Shown: positions 1 to 9,121 of the stretch, piece by piece
Position numbering within the stretch: the stretch's first letter is position 1
Layout: each line of letters starts with the position of its first letter
Source of the DNA: a virus
Lineage: Duplodnaviria; Caudoviricetes
Length of the DNA stretch: 64,000 bases
IMG/VR virus record: IMGVR_UViG_3300049141_000098
Coordinates: 64,001 to 128,000 of that record
Direction: 5' to 3' (one strand)
Program-made: the position numbers and the translations under genes
Notes under the pieces: generated by a model
What the model was told of the DNA's origin: nothing
Seen by the model: only the letters and a program-made list of their open reading frames with translations
The model's database searches: none

Positions 1-124
1 CGGCGGCGGTACTGAGGGCCTTGCTGCGTATGGAGGTCGATGCATGGGCGTCAGTCGGCGTGAGGGCCAGGGTGACGCCCATGCCGATCGCAGCCGAGAC
101 GGTGAACTTGGTGACCTTTTTCAT
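1..124 (-). CDS. 5' part of a secreted protein (possibly NlpC/P60-like), runs off window
   Basis: ATG at 124 after a GGAG RBS gives MKKVTKFTVSAAIGMGVTLALTPTDAHASTSIRSKALSTAA, a Sec signal peptide with an AHA cleavage motif. The family guess is weak. Confidence 0.5.
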   Translation of the reverse strand, partial: MKKVTKFTVSAAIGMGVTLALTPTDAHASTSIRSKALSTAA

Positions 125-257
125 GACGATCTCCGTTTCTTCGAAAGCCCCGACGATAGCCGGGGCTCTCTTACCTTTCCGAAGTTCTTTCCTGAGTTCG
201 CCATGGAATCCAAAGCGAAACAGGGGAGTTGACCAATCTCGGCGACCTACGGACGGG

Positions 258-737
258 TCACCACTTCATCCCGGTTGGGCAGAAACTGACCGGGATTGCG
301 GCATCTCGCGCCTGCTTCACGCAGTCGGCGGTGCCGTGGGAGGGGTGCTTGCCGGGCGGGCAGGAGCGTTTGGCCTTCCGGCAGGGCTTTGCCCAGGCCA
401 GCACCCTGTCGGGATGGGCTTGGATCATCTGGCCGTTACGGAGAAAGCCCGCCCTCCGTCCGTCCCGACTCCAGTCGGCAGGGAAGGGGACTTGGTGTAC
501 GCCGTCCCCCTCATGCCCCATGGCCCACTCATCGACGAGGTGGTCAAGCCCCTGCGAAGCCATGCCGTTGAAGACCACCAAGTGGTCGTAGCGAATACGG
601 AGACGGTCGAGCGGCGTCCAGACCGACCGTCGGTCCCACCAATCACGCGACCCGGTGACGGCGATCCACAGGATGCTCTGCGGATTCGGGGAGTTGAGAA
701 TCAACTTCCGTGCCTGTTGGGCTTCTTGAAGTAGCAC
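258..737 (-). CDS. SLOG-superfamily protein (DUF2493/YspA-like)
   Basis: Motifs IAVTGSRDW, NGMASQGLD, PADW..DGRRAGFLRNGQM and HGTADC match DUF2493-type SLOG proteins; RBS GAAAGGGA. Confidence 0.75.
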   Translation of the reverse strand: MLLQEAQQARKLILNSPNPQSILWIAVTGSRDWWDRRSVWTPLDRLRIRYDHLVVFNGMASQGLDHLVDEWAMGHEGDGVHQVPFPADWSRDGRRAGFLRNGQMIQAHPDRVLAWAKPCRKAKRSCPPGKHPSHGTADCVKQARDAAIPVSFCPTGMKW

Positions 738-752
738 AGCCCTCCCTTTCGT

Positions 753-797
753 GGCCTAGGCCGAGCATACCCTGCGGCCTACCCGTTTAGGTAGGCC
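753..797 (-). promoter_or_regulatory. promoter with GGCCTAGGCC operator and GGCCTAC-N8-GTAGGCC repeat
   Basis: On the minus strand TATGCT (-10) lies immediately before GGCCTAGGCC (753-762), then the RBS of the SLOG gene. Confidence 0.55.
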
Positions 798-967
798 ACT
801 TTCCGATGTCCGTTTCGCCCGTTTCAGAACGATCGCGAATCGGTCGAAGCTGCACAAACCACCCGAGACGACCACCCTTTGCCCGTATTGCGCTGATTCG
901 ACGTCCGAAGTAACCCTTCGTCAGAGGTCGACCCTCTTCATGCGGTCCGTTTCATACCTTTCGTTCC

Positions 968-1079
968 CTACCCTTCGGTAGCTTCTCTTCCAGAGTTCGC
1001 TGAGCTTCCAACGTTCTTCGCGTTACCTCCGGGTAGCTTCTCGGCACTTCCAGGTGGAAGTGAAGCTACCGATCGGTAG
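968..1079. repeat. three copies of YTACC-N4-GGTAGCTTC
   Basis: Copies at 968-985 and 1023-1040 (direct) and 1062-1079 (inverted), in a noncoding gap. Confidence 0.75.
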
Positions 1080-1091
1080 TCGCGTGAGCCG

Positions 1092-1116
1092 AAAAAGCCC
1101 ACCCCGAAGGGTGGGC
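1092..1116 (-). terminator. intrinsic terminator
   Basis: GCCCACC-N6-GGTGGGC hairpin followed by TTTTT on the minus strand. Confidence 0.7.
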
Positions 1117-1120
1117 GTCT

Positions 1121-1415
1121 TCAGTCGGCAGGGATCCAGCGCGGGATGACCCTTGGATGCACCGCGACTCTCCGCGTCTCAGGTGCAGCTCCGTCCTGGC
1201 TTCTGAGGATGTTCCCTGTATGCGAATCCCGCGCGAAGAGGTCCAGATGGACACGGTTCCCTTCGCGAGTCAGCTTGGTGTCGAGGGGGGGCGTCTGCCG
1301 CCTTGATGCCGCAAGACTCCAACATGGCAACGGCCTCTGCCCTCCGCCTCTCGCGAAGCGACCAGGCGAGCCCAGAGACTTGAGCCCGAAGTCTGGTTCT
1401 CGCATCGTTCCTCAT
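1121..1415 (-). pseudogene. small hypothetical gene split by +1 frameshift in a 7-G run
   Basis: ATG 1415 frame (MRNDARTRL..ADAP) joins the frame ending at 1121 (LDTKLTREG..WIPAD) if one G of 1285-1291 is removed. Confidence 0.45.
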
Positions 1416-1437
1416 CTCGCTCCTCACACAAGTCGCG

Positions 1438-1851
1438 TCAGTACAGGGGGTCGACCTCGCTGCCGTCCGGCCAGATGAGGCGTGCCCTCTCTTCACGTAC
1501 TCCTTCGGAGTCGGACACGACCCTGCCGACGTACCCCACTCTCTCGATGTCGTACAGGACCATCTGACCCGTCACGGTGTGCCCGGCGCACTCAGCGCGC
1601 AGATCCTCCACGTTTTCCAGCAAGTTGGAGGGATCGTACGGAGAGGCCATCCATGGCACGACGCGATCGCAGGTGATGACGGTCCGCACGCCCTCATCGT
1701 CATCGAACTCCTCTGCGGTCACCTGGAGGACGACATCCGTGATCTCCGTTCCGCCCTGGTCGGAGTGCAGGAACCGGCTGTTCTTGATCTCGGCCCACTT
1801 CAGCGGCGGGTCTATGTGGAACTCACCCCGTACGGCAATCTTCAACCCCAT
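1438..1851 (-). CDS. hypothetical phage protein
   Basis: 137 aa, AGGAGG RBS, GC3-rich codons. Confidence 0.7.
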   Translation of the reverse strand: MGLKIAVRGEFHIDPPLKWAEIKNSRFLHSDQGGTEITDVVLQVTAEEFDDDEGVRTVITCDRVVPWMASPYDPSNLLENVEDLRAECAGHTVTGQMVLYDIERVGYVGRVVSDSEGVREERARLIWPDGSEVDPLY

Positions 1852-1930
1852 GCTCAGCCCCCTCCTTCAGTAATGACGACAGCAGGCCGCCGCCCCAGTC
1901 TGCCTGGGGAGGCGGCCTGCTGATGTTGGG

Positions 1931-2530
1931 TCAGCCCTCGGTGCACGCCGGGAACTGCTCCCGCACCTGATCCGAGCAGTGGATGTAATCGACCTTGCGC
2001 ACATCCTGCTCGAACAGTCCGTCACCGTTGCGGACGAACACCTCGTACTCGGTCTCGCACCCCTCGGGTCGCTTGGACTCCTTCGGCGGCACGATCCTGG
2101 TCACGCGCTTGGGCTTGGCGGGCTTCTTCGAGAGCTGGACGCCACTCTTATGGACATCGCCGTTCGGTCGCGCGGTCGAGGCTGCTGGGGCCTTGCTCGT
2201 GCGATGGGGCAGCGGAGCCTCCGTCTTCCTGCTCGGGGGCTTGCTGGCGGCGACATTCCCTCCGCCTCCGCCCTGCTGAGCGCTGCTGGCTCCAGATTCC
2301 GAGCTGGAGCCAGAGGTCTTACTCCTACTACCGGAAGATCCCTTTCCCTTTCCCGCCGGGAAGGCGGCCGGTTCCAGGGCCAGATCCTCTCCGCATTCGT
2401 AGTCCGTCTGGACGGCCTCGACGACTCCGGAAACCTCGTACTCGTACTTCTTGTCGGAGTCCTGGCATCCGAATGCACCGAGGGCCAGGATCACGATTCC
2501 AGTCGCAGTGGCGACCAAGTTCTTGTTCAC
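1931..2530 (-). CDS. lipoprotein with Ser/Gly/Lys-rich linker
   Basis: GTG start, signal peptide with lipobox LGAFGC. Confidence 0.65.
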   Translation of the reverse strand: MNKNLVATATGIVILALGAFGCQDSDKKYEYEVSGVVEAVQTDYECGEDLALEPAAFPAGKGKGSSGSRSKTSGSSSESGASSAQQGGGGGNVAASKPPSRKTEAPLPHRTSKAPAASTARPNGDVHKSGVQLSKKPAKPKRVTRIVPPKESKRPEGCETEYEVFVRNGDGLFEQDVRKVDYIHCSDQVREQFPACTEG

Positions 2531-2638
2531 GTTCAATCCCCTTTCCAGTAACCAGTATTGCATGAAAACGGTCAGATGTCAGCCGGAAAGATCGTAGATT
2601 CGTGCGAAGCTATCTTCCGTGAACGGAAGGAGAAAGCC

Positions 2639-3724
2639 TTGTCTACGCCGATGAGCGCAGCAACTTTCATATCGATTCTCAAAAAGGAGGGCGTGAGGGT
2701 CGTCGAAGAGGGTTCCTGGGAGACCCACAATCGGAACTCTAAGGGACCCTGGGGCCCCGTGTACGGCGTCGTGATTCATCACACCGTAACCAAGGGGACA
2801 CGCAACACCGTCGACATCATTCAGGATGGCCACGGCTCGCTGCCAGGGCCCCTGTCTCAGGGGATGATCGCAAAGGATGGCCGGGTCTATCTGGTGGGCT
2901 ACGGTCGCGCCAACCATGCGGGCCTCGGCGACCCGGACGTTCTCTCCGCCGTCATAGCAGAACGAGATCTGCCCGTTGATAACGAAGCAAGCGTCGATGG
3001 GAATCGGCACTTCTTCGGATTTGAGTGCGAAAACCTCGGCGACGGCAAAGACCCCTGGCCAGCGGCCCAGCTCGAAGCGATCGAGCGAGTCTCCGCTGCG
3101 ATCTGCCGCCACTACGGATGGAACGAGCGCAGCGTTATCGGCCACCTGGAGTGGCAGCCCGGCAAGGTCGACCCAAAGGGCTTCACCATGGATGCGATGC
3201 GTAATCGCGTCCGGGCTCGTCTCGCCTCATCGCCCGACAAGCCGACACCTCCGCCGTCCAACGGCACCACCTACACCGTGAAGCCCGGCGACACGCTATC
3301 CGGGATTGCGAAGTCCCTCGGCGTCACCACCGAGGCCCTGTTCGCAGCGAACAAGGACCGCCTCAAGGACCCGGACGAAATCTCTATCGGCCAGGAGCTG
3401 GTCATCCCCACCGGCAAGCCACTGCCGAAGCCGAAGAAGCCGAAGGTCGACCTGTCCAAGCTCGTCGAAGCCGCACTGAAGAACCCCTCATCCCCGGGAA
3501 CGCCGGTCACGTACAGCGGCGTGAAGACGGTCGAGGCGGCACTGGTGGACGAGGGGCTGCTGGCGAAGAAGTACTACGACGGCCACTTCGGCGACGCGAC
3601 CATCCAGGCGTACCAGAGGTGGCAGAAGCGCTGCGGCTACTCGGGGGGCGCCGCAGACGGAATCCCCGGCAAGGAGTCCCTCACGAAGCTGGGCAAGAAG
3701 CACGGCTTCGACGTTGTCGCCTGA
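2639..3724 (+). CDS. endolysin: N-acetylmuramoyl-L-alanine amidase + LysM + peptidoglycan-binding domain
   Basis: VVIHHT, NHAG, GFECEN and IGHLEW..GKVDP amidase motifs; TYTVKPGDTLSGIA LysM; DGHFG..T..AYQRWQ and ADGIPG PG-binding domain. TTG start after AAGGAG. Confidence 0.9.
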   Translation: MSTPMSAATFISILKKEGVRVVEEGSWETHNRNSKGPWGPVYGVVIHHTVTKGTRNTVDIIQDGHGSLPGPLSQGMIAKDGRVYLVGYGRANHAGLGDPDVLSAVIAERDLPVDNEASVDGNRHFFGFECENLGDGKDPWPAAQLEAIERVSAAICRHYGWNERSVIGHLEWQPGKVDPKGFTMDAMRNRVRARLASSPDKPTPPPSNGTTYTVKPGDTLSGIAKSLGVTTEALFAANKDRLKDPDEISIGQELVIPTGKPLPKPKKPKVDLSKLVEAALKNPSSPGTPVTYSGVKTVEAALVDEGLLAKKYYDGHFGDATIQAYQRWQKRCGYSGGAADGIPGKESLTKLGKKHGFDVVA

Positions 3725-3739
3725 TCAGGAGGTATAGCA

Positions 3740-4117
3740 ATGCGAGTGTTCGGTCGCGAGCCGGTCTACATCCTCGCCGCCATCGCCGTCACCCTGAAGC
3801 TGGGGGCGGCGTACGGCCTCGATGTCTCGGACACCGAACAGGGCGCCATCATGGCGTTCCTGAGCCTGGTCGTTGCAGTCATCAACGCAATCGTGCTGCG
3901 TACTGGTGCGGTCGGTGCTGCCATCGTCAACCTGGCACAGGGTGGACTGGCCCTTTTCCTCGCCTTCGGCCTGGAAATGCCCGCCGAAACCCAGGCCCTC
4001 TGGATGCTGGCTGTCGAGGCCCTGGTCGCGTTCTTCGTCCACAAGGAAGTCACCGCCCCCGTCTCGGTCCTGCCGATCGAGGAGAGGTCGCCAGCCGCGC
4101 TCACCAAGGCGGCCTGA
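3740..4117 (+). CDS. holin
   Basis: 125-aa multi-TM protein directly after the endolysin; FGREP start as in actinophage holins. Confidence 0.7.
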   Translation: MRVFGREPVYILAAIAVTLKLGAAYGLDVSDTEQGAIMAFLSLVVAVINAIVLRTGAVGAAIVNLAQGGLALFLAFGLEMPAETQALWMLAVEALVAFFVHKEVTAPVSVLPIEERSPAALTKAA

Positions 4118-4214
4118 CGGACATGGCGGCCCGGTTGGGGTACACGACCTCCGGGCCGCCCTCTTGTGTCCCGTCCGACCATCAGGGCCCCTCGGGCCCC
4201 ACCGGGGGTGAAAC

Positions 4215-4568
4215 GTGAGCGTAGACGAGCCGTCCCTGGGGGAACTTGGGCGACTCATTCGGGCGTTGCGCGACGACGTCCGCGACGACATGGCCCAAAT
4301 CAATCAGCGCCTGGATAAGTTGGTGTCGGCGGACGTTTACGCCGTGGAGAAGGCGGCCATGGCCAAGGAGATCACCGACCTGACCAAGACCGTGCAGCAA
4401 CTGGCGGCCAAGCAGGAGCAGGACGTGAGGGCGATCGCTGACCAGCGCATACAGGACGTCAACCGGGTCACTCAGACGCGGAGATGGATCGTAGCCAGCG
4501 TCATCATCCCCATTCTCGGCTTCGTCGTCCCCATCATTCTGTTTCTTGCGTCAGGAGGCGGATCGTGA
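4215..4568 (+). CDS. lysis-cassette membrane protein (coiled coil, C-terminal TM)
   Basis: EPSLGELGRLI N-terminus and a single C-terminal TM helix, typical of actinophage lysis modules. Confidence 0.7.
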   Translation: MSVDEPSLGELGRLIRALRDDVRDDMAQINQRLDKLVSADVYAVEKAAMAKEITDLTKTVQQLAAKQEQDVRAIADQRIQDVNRVTQTRRWIVASVIIPILGFVVPIILFLASGGGS

Positions 4569-5287
4569 AGCCCGTCGTGAAGTCGGGTGCCAGGGTTGAG
4601 GCGCGAAAGCGGCGCAGGCGCGGCAACGTGATTGCCGGTGTAGCGATCCTCTTCGGAGCCGCAACGCTGGCAGCCGTCGTCACCGGGTTCTTGATCCTGT
4701 CCCAGAATCTGTCGGACGCCCATCGAGATAACGCCCTGCTCGCCGAGCAGGTCAAGTCGATGGGCGGAACACCCGTCGCCGGACCAAAGGGGGACACGGG
4801 CGCCGCTGGCCTGGTCGGCCCCTCAGGCCCGCCGGGGCCCTCCGGAGCCCCGGGTTCGCCAGGGAAGGCGGCGCCCACGATCACGCCGAGCCCCGGCCCC
4901 ACCGGACCGCCAGGACCGTCGGGGGTAGCGGGTGAACCCGGCGCTGACTCCACGGTTCCTGGCCCAACGGGGCCGGTTGGGCCAGCAGGCCAGGATGCGA
5001 CTGGAGCGCCGGGAAAGGATGGCGAAAACGGTCAGGATGGCCAGAATGGCTCACCCCCGTCGGAATGGACATATCAGGACCCCCAGGGGAACACGTACCG
5101 CTGCACTCCGGTCGACGACTTCGACCCGGACAACCCCCGGTACCGCTGCGTCCTGACCAGCACACCATCGCCGACCTCATCCCCTCCGGCCAGCGACCCG
5201 AGCCCCACCTACGAGACCTCGCCGGAGGCCTCGCCATCCCCAAGCGAGGCCTTCCTGGTGTCCCTCCTGGACGGTCTCGGCGGATGA
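4565..5287 (+). CDS. membrane-anchored collagen-like protein
   Basis: Basic N-terminus, TM helix and long G-X-Y repeats; GTG overlaps the upstream stop. Confidence 0.75.
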   Translation: MKPVVKSGARVEARKRRRRGNVIAGVAILFGAATLAAVVTGFLILSQNLSDAHRDNALLAEQVKSMGGTPVAGPKGDTGAAGLVGPSGPPGPSGAPGSPGKAAPTITPSPGPTGPPGPSGVAGEPGADSTVPGPTGPVGPAGQDATGAPGKDGENGQDGQNGSPPSEWTYQDPQGNTYRCTPVDDFDPDNPRYRCVLTSTPSPTSSPPASDPSPTYETSPEASPSPSEAFLVSLLDGLGG

Positions 5288-5437
5288 CGAGCCTCGCGAA
5301 GCCCGTCCTTTCGTGTGTTGATGAGCAAGTCTCGCGCCGGTTCAGCTTGTTCTTCAAGCAGCCGAGGTGATTGGCTGGTCCCTCCCCGGGTCCTGTGATA
5401 CAGCAGGGCCCGGGTTGAGACTCGGAAAGGGACCTCC

Positions 5438-6334
5438 ATGACCGCACCCAAGCTCGTTGGGCCCAGGCAGGGCGAACGGGCGACAGAGACGCGCATCTAC
5501 GCCGTCGGCGCCCTCAAGGGCGGAACCGGCAAGACCAGGTTGGCCATGCTCATCGCCCTGATTCTGCGCGTCGTCTTCGGCTACCGCGTCGTCGTCTTCG
5601 ACGCGGACTCAGGCTCGCAGACCTCCTCGAATTGGCCCGTGAAGGCCAAGCTGCGCGAGTATGCCTGGGACATCGAGGTGATCCGCCACCCCTTCGACAC
5701 GCTCGACAAGGAGATCGACAAGATCCGCGAGCGAGGAGACGTCGACTTCATCATCGTGGACGTCGGTGGCGGTAACGTCGCAGCCTTCCAGGCGGCCGTC
5801 AAGCGAGCACACAAACTGCTCGTGCCTCTGTGCCCCGACGAGGGCGACCTGGAGCAGGCCCCCAAGACGCGTGACGCGGCTCTGATGGCGGCCAGCCGGA
5901 ACCCGTTCGGCTGTCAGATGTACTACGTCCTTTCACGCTGCGGCAACGACCGCGACAAGATCGACAGCCGGTCAGTCCTGCTGGACGTGCCCGAAACCGA
6001 CGAGGATGGGCCGTATCCGCTGCTCGACACCGACATCCCGTCCCTGGTGGCGTACAAGCGGGCCTTCGGGCGTATCCCGCAGATGAAGGGGTCCTCTACA
6101 GATCCGGACTGCCCTCGGTGGAAAGACCTCGTGGGCTTTGTCCCGATGATGCTGGAGACGGAGATTCTCACCGTCGAACAGGTTCTCTCCAGCGGCCTGA
6201 TGACCAAGCGGGAAGTGGCCGCACATGCACCCATGCTGCTCGCTGGGGAGGTCATCACGGATGAACAGGCGCTGGAGCTTGGCCTGATGACAGAAGGCGA
6301 GTTGGCCGCCCTCCAGGAAGAAGTGGTCTCCTGA
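5438..6334 (+). CDS. parA: ParA-family partition ATPase
   Basis: Deviant Walker A LKGGTGKT, VVFDADSGSQ, and Walker B IIVDVGG. Confidence 0.9.
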   Translation: MTAPKLVGPRQGERATETRIYAVGALKGGTGKTRLAMLIALILRVVFGYRVVVFDADSGSQTSSNWPVKAKLREYAWDIEVIRHPFDTLDKEIDKIRERGDVDFIIVDVGGGNVAAFQAAVKRAHKLLVPLCPDEGDLEQAPKTRDAALMAASRNPFGCQMYYVLSRCGNDRDKIDSRSVLLDVPETDEDGPYPLLDTDIPSLVAYKRAFGRIPQMKGSSTDPDCPRWKDLVGFVPMMLETEILTVEQVLSSGLMTKREVAAHAPMLLAGEVITDEQALELGLMTEGELAALQEEVVS

Positions 6335-7245
6335 TGAAGAAGGGACAGGTCATCGGGGGCGCCACGGCAAACGGCACTAAGCGGCGCGGCATGCTGCCCC
6401 CCTCCGGTGAGGGGCCGATCGAAGTGACGCGCGAAGTGGTGGACAGCTCCACGGACGTGGAGCCGTCGGCGACCACGCTACCGGCACAGGCCTCGGCGCA
6501 GACTCCCTCGCCGACACTGGCCGACCTCGTACCAGCCACTGTACGAGACATACTGACGGCAGATCTGCCGGAGTCGGGCGAGCCCGCCGAGGTCATCGTC
6601 GCCTGCGAGAAGCGGCTCTACGCGGCGAACAGCTTGCTCGAAGCGATGCAGAAGAAGACCCTCGACACCTACTTCGAGTACGCGGGTCCGGCGGTCCGGC
6701 TAGCTTGGGCGACCGAGTCGTGGCGAGCCTGCAAGGATCCCGATACCGGCAAGGACTGCCGCTCCTGGTCGGCGTGGCTGCGCATCGTGAAGGTGTCCCG
6801 GCAGCATGCATACCGGATGACCAAAGAAGAGCCGATCCGCGAGGCGCTGTCCGGCCTTGACATCGGCAAGCTGGGAGTCCGGCAGATCGACGTCCTCTCG
6901 CCGGTCCTGACCAACTTCGGCCAGAAGGCGGTTCGTGAAGTCTGGGTGACCGCCATGGGCTGGGGAGACACCAGCGCCCCCTCTCTCCTCAAGGTCCGCA
7001 GACAGCAGGGATACGAACCGAACAAGCAGATCTCGGAGGGCGAGGAGGACGCGTCAGGACGGGGTTCGGATCTTCCTGTGCTGCGCTTCCAGGCAAAGCC
7101 GGGCACCTTCGATGCCCAGCGGGTGCGCGAGGTGGCCCGAGCCCAGCCGGACATCGCCCTACTGGTAGCCAAGGAGATCTTCGCCGAACTGGGAGTAGAG
7201 GTAGGCGACGAACCTGTATCGCGCGATACAACTCCAGCGAACTGA
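6334..7245 (+). CDS. ParB-like centromere-binding partner (non-canonical)
   Basis: Translationally coupled to parA; putative HTH (WSAWLRIVKVSRQHAYRM); followed by palindromic repeats. No clear ParB/Srx N-domain. Confidence 0.6.
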   Translation: MKKGQVIGGATANGTKRRGMLPPSGEGPIEVTREVVDSSTDVEPSATTLPAQASAQTPSPTLADLVPATVRDILTADLPESGEPAEVIVACEKRLYAANSLLEAMQKKTLDTYFEYAGPAVRLAWATESWRACKDPDTGKDCRSWSAWLRIVKVSRQHAYRMTKEEPIREALSGLDIGKLGVRQIDVLSPVLTNFGQKAVREVWVTAMGWGDTSAPSLLKVRRQQGYEPNKQISEGEEDASGRGSDLPVLRFQAKPGTFDAQRVREVARAQPDIALLVAKEIFAELGVEVGDEPVSRDTTPAN

Positions 7246-7267
7246 ACCTGTATCGCGCGATACAACT
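7211..7267. repeat. two direct copies of AACCTGTATCGCGCGATACAACT (parS-like)
   Basis: Identical 23-mers at 7211-7233 and 7245-7267, core palindrome TGTATCGCGCGATACA. Confidence 0.85.
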
Positions 7268-7269
7268 TT

Positions 7270-7297
7270 GAGGGGCGGGTCAGATGACCCGCCCCTC
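7270..7297. terminator. bidirectional hairpin terminator
   Basis: GAGGGGCGGGTCA/TGACCCGCCCCTC inverted repeat between convergent genes. Confidence 0.75.
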
Positions 7298-7305
7298 TTC
7301 GTGTC

Positions 7306-7836
7306 TCAGTTCTGGCCCGACCTCATGCGAATGAGGCTGTCAACGACTTCCGCCCACGGGCCCTCCATGGATCGAGGTCCGTAGTACCCCCAGTGGCTGA
7401 TGGTCTGGCGAGTGCAGAGCACCTCGGGCCCGTTCCAGTACATCAAGGGGCGCCCGTCAGAAGCGACCGCCTCGATGCCGTGAGAGCGAAGCCAGGCGGC
7501 GACACTCTCCTGATCCAGACGAATCGACTGGGCCACCACGGAGAACCCTGCACTCAGCAGAGCGCGAACCCCTTCGATGGCACCAGGGACCGGAGGTCCA
7601 TACATGCGCCCTTCCTGCCACCCCTTCGTCCTCTGGTGCAGCCCGCCGCGCGTCTTGCTTCCATCCACCTTGACCAGGACAGTCTTCCGCGTCTGCTCCT
7701 CCGCAGGAAGTTGGCCCCACAGGCCCACGGCGGCGCTGTGCAGCTCTGCGGCGAGCTGGGCTACCTCCGCTTCATTCAGGCTGTCTTGTCGCTTCCGCGC
7801 GCCCTGTAGGGACGCGATCAGGCGGTCCAGGTTCAC
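7306..7836 (-). CDS. degenerate HAD-like hydrolase
   Basis: VLVKVDG (DxD altered to KxD), PPVPGAIEGVRALLSAGFSVV and WLRSHGI resemble phage HAD proteins. Confidence 0.45.
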   Translation of the reverse strand: MNLDRLIASLQGARKRQDSLNEAEVAQLAAELHSAAVGLWGQLPAEEQTRKTVLVKVDGSKTRGGLHQRTKGWQEGRMYGPPVPGAIEGVRALLSAGFSVVAQSIRLDQESVAAWLRSHGIEAVASDGRPLMYWNGPEVLCTRQTISHWGYYGPRSMEGPWAEVVDSLIRMRSGQN

Positions 7837-7882
7837 ACTCCACCCCTTCTTCGTTGTCGGTGACCCACCGGTCTTGCGGCCG

Positions 7883-7906
7883 AAGTTGTATCGCGCGATA
7901 CGACTT
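7883..7906. repeat. parS-like palindrome copy 3
   Basis: AAGTTGTATCGCGCGATACGACTT, one mismatch. Confidence 0.8.
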
Positions 7907-7912
7907 GAGGGC

Positions 7913-9091
7913 CTACCAGTCCCAGTCACCCTCCCTCGCCTGCTGCGCTTCCCGCTCGCGGATCTCTTTGGCCTTCGTCGAGCCGAGGTTGGACAGCTTC
8001 ACATCGCGGTGACTGGACGGATCCCCCTGTTGCGGATCCACGGGAACGACCTGGGTCACCGGTTCCTCGCCTTCGCCGAGCTGGTCGAGTTTGGTCCAAT
8101 ACGGATCGACCCAGACGATTTCCCCACGCTTTCGCCCCGGCCCCACCCAGACCGTCTTCGTGTGGCCGACACGATGCTGCGGGCCGTACTCAACTCCAGA
8201 GGGGATCGAGACACCGTCACGGGTCCGGCCAACCGTCCGACTCTTCGCCGCGTGCAACTTGGGGCCGATATACCAGCCCACCCTGACGTAGTGCGGCTCC
8301 CGAGGCGGGGCCTGGCGTCGCTTGCCTCTATTCGGCGCAGGCGGCGGCTTCTCGATGTCGGCGTTCTTGCAGCACAGATAAGAAAGCAGGGTCAGTGCAC
8401 CGGGAAGGATCTGCTTGATGAGCTTCCGGCTGTCCTTCGTGCCGTCTGCCACGCCATGCCACTGATAGCTTCCCGCGATCATGTCATCCAACGTGAACGC
8501 TTCGTCCATCGATGGGAGCGGGAAGACCGGGGTGAGGATGTCGTGGTACGTCGGGGCATTCGGTTCCGTGTCAATCCAGGGGACGATGCATAGCCCTTCG
8601 GACCGTTCATCCGTCGTCGCACAGAACGCCCGGCCGACTCGGCCGGTGAGGAAGTATGCCCTGATCAACCCTTGAATCCCGGAAGAGAAGTTCACCGGCC
8701 ACGGGTGCGGCAGCGGAATCATGGGATTGATATGACGGATGCGGGAGAAGATACTGCCGGGCAGTTTTCCCTTCAGGTCCGAGCGGTAGAGGCTGTTCGC
8801 CATCTCCGGGTGCACGTCGTAGGCCACACGGCCTTCACGGCGCCACAAGTCAACGACGGCATGGCTGGCCGCACGGTCGAGCATCGTGGATACAGCCTCG
8901 AATCCAACGGCGTGCTCCAGGTTCATGTCCCAGACCGGATCGATCCCCCTTCTCATCCGGATGGCATTCTCCATGCCGCCAGGAGCCTTGTTCAGGTCCG
9001 CCCCGATCTGGTTGGTCAGATCCAGAATCCGCTCGACCGCCTGGTTCGCTTCACTGGCTCGACGGATCCGCGTAGATGGCTTCTTCCCCAT
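7913..9091 (-). CDS. AcrVA2/FinQ-like family protein (putative)
   Basis: LLSYLCCKNADI, VGWYIGPKL and PQHRVGHTKTVWVGPG..IVWVDP follow the motif order recalled for AcrVA2/FinQ homologues. Confidence 0.5.
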   Translation of the reverse strand: MGKKPSTRIRRASEANQAVERILDLTNQIGADLNKAPGGMENAIRMRRGIDPVWDMNLEHAVGFEAVSTMLDRAASHAVVDLWRREGRVAYDVHPEMANSLYRSDLKGKLPGSIFSRIRHINPMIPLPHPWPVNFSSGIQGLIRAYFLTGRVGRAFCATTDERSEGLCIVPWIDTEPNAPTYHDILTPVFPLPSMDEAFTLDDMIAGSYQWHGVADGTKDSRKLIKQILPGALTLLSYLCCKNADIEKPPPAPNRGKRRQAPPREPHYVRVGWYIGPKLHAAKSRTVGRTRDGVSIPSGVEYGPQHRVGHTKTVWVGPGRKRGEIVWVDPYWTKLDQLGEGEEPVTQVVPVDPQQGDPSSHRDVKLSNLGSTKAKEIREREAQQAREGDWDW

Positions 9092-9121
9092 GTCGCCTCC
9101 CCCTTTCCTGGCCTCATCCTC

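Noticed and set aside
907-915. GGTTACTTC (Y-RNA 5' motif) on the minus strand
   Set aside because: No upstream GGTGTG, no TGGTTAACC partner and no closing stem; treated as chance.
900-960. CTGACGA and GAAAC suggesting a hammerhead ribozyme
   Set aside because: Stems I and III cannot be formed around the core.
4780-5050. 9-bp periodic repeats here and at 32040-32350
   Set aside because: Collagen G-X-Y coding repeats.
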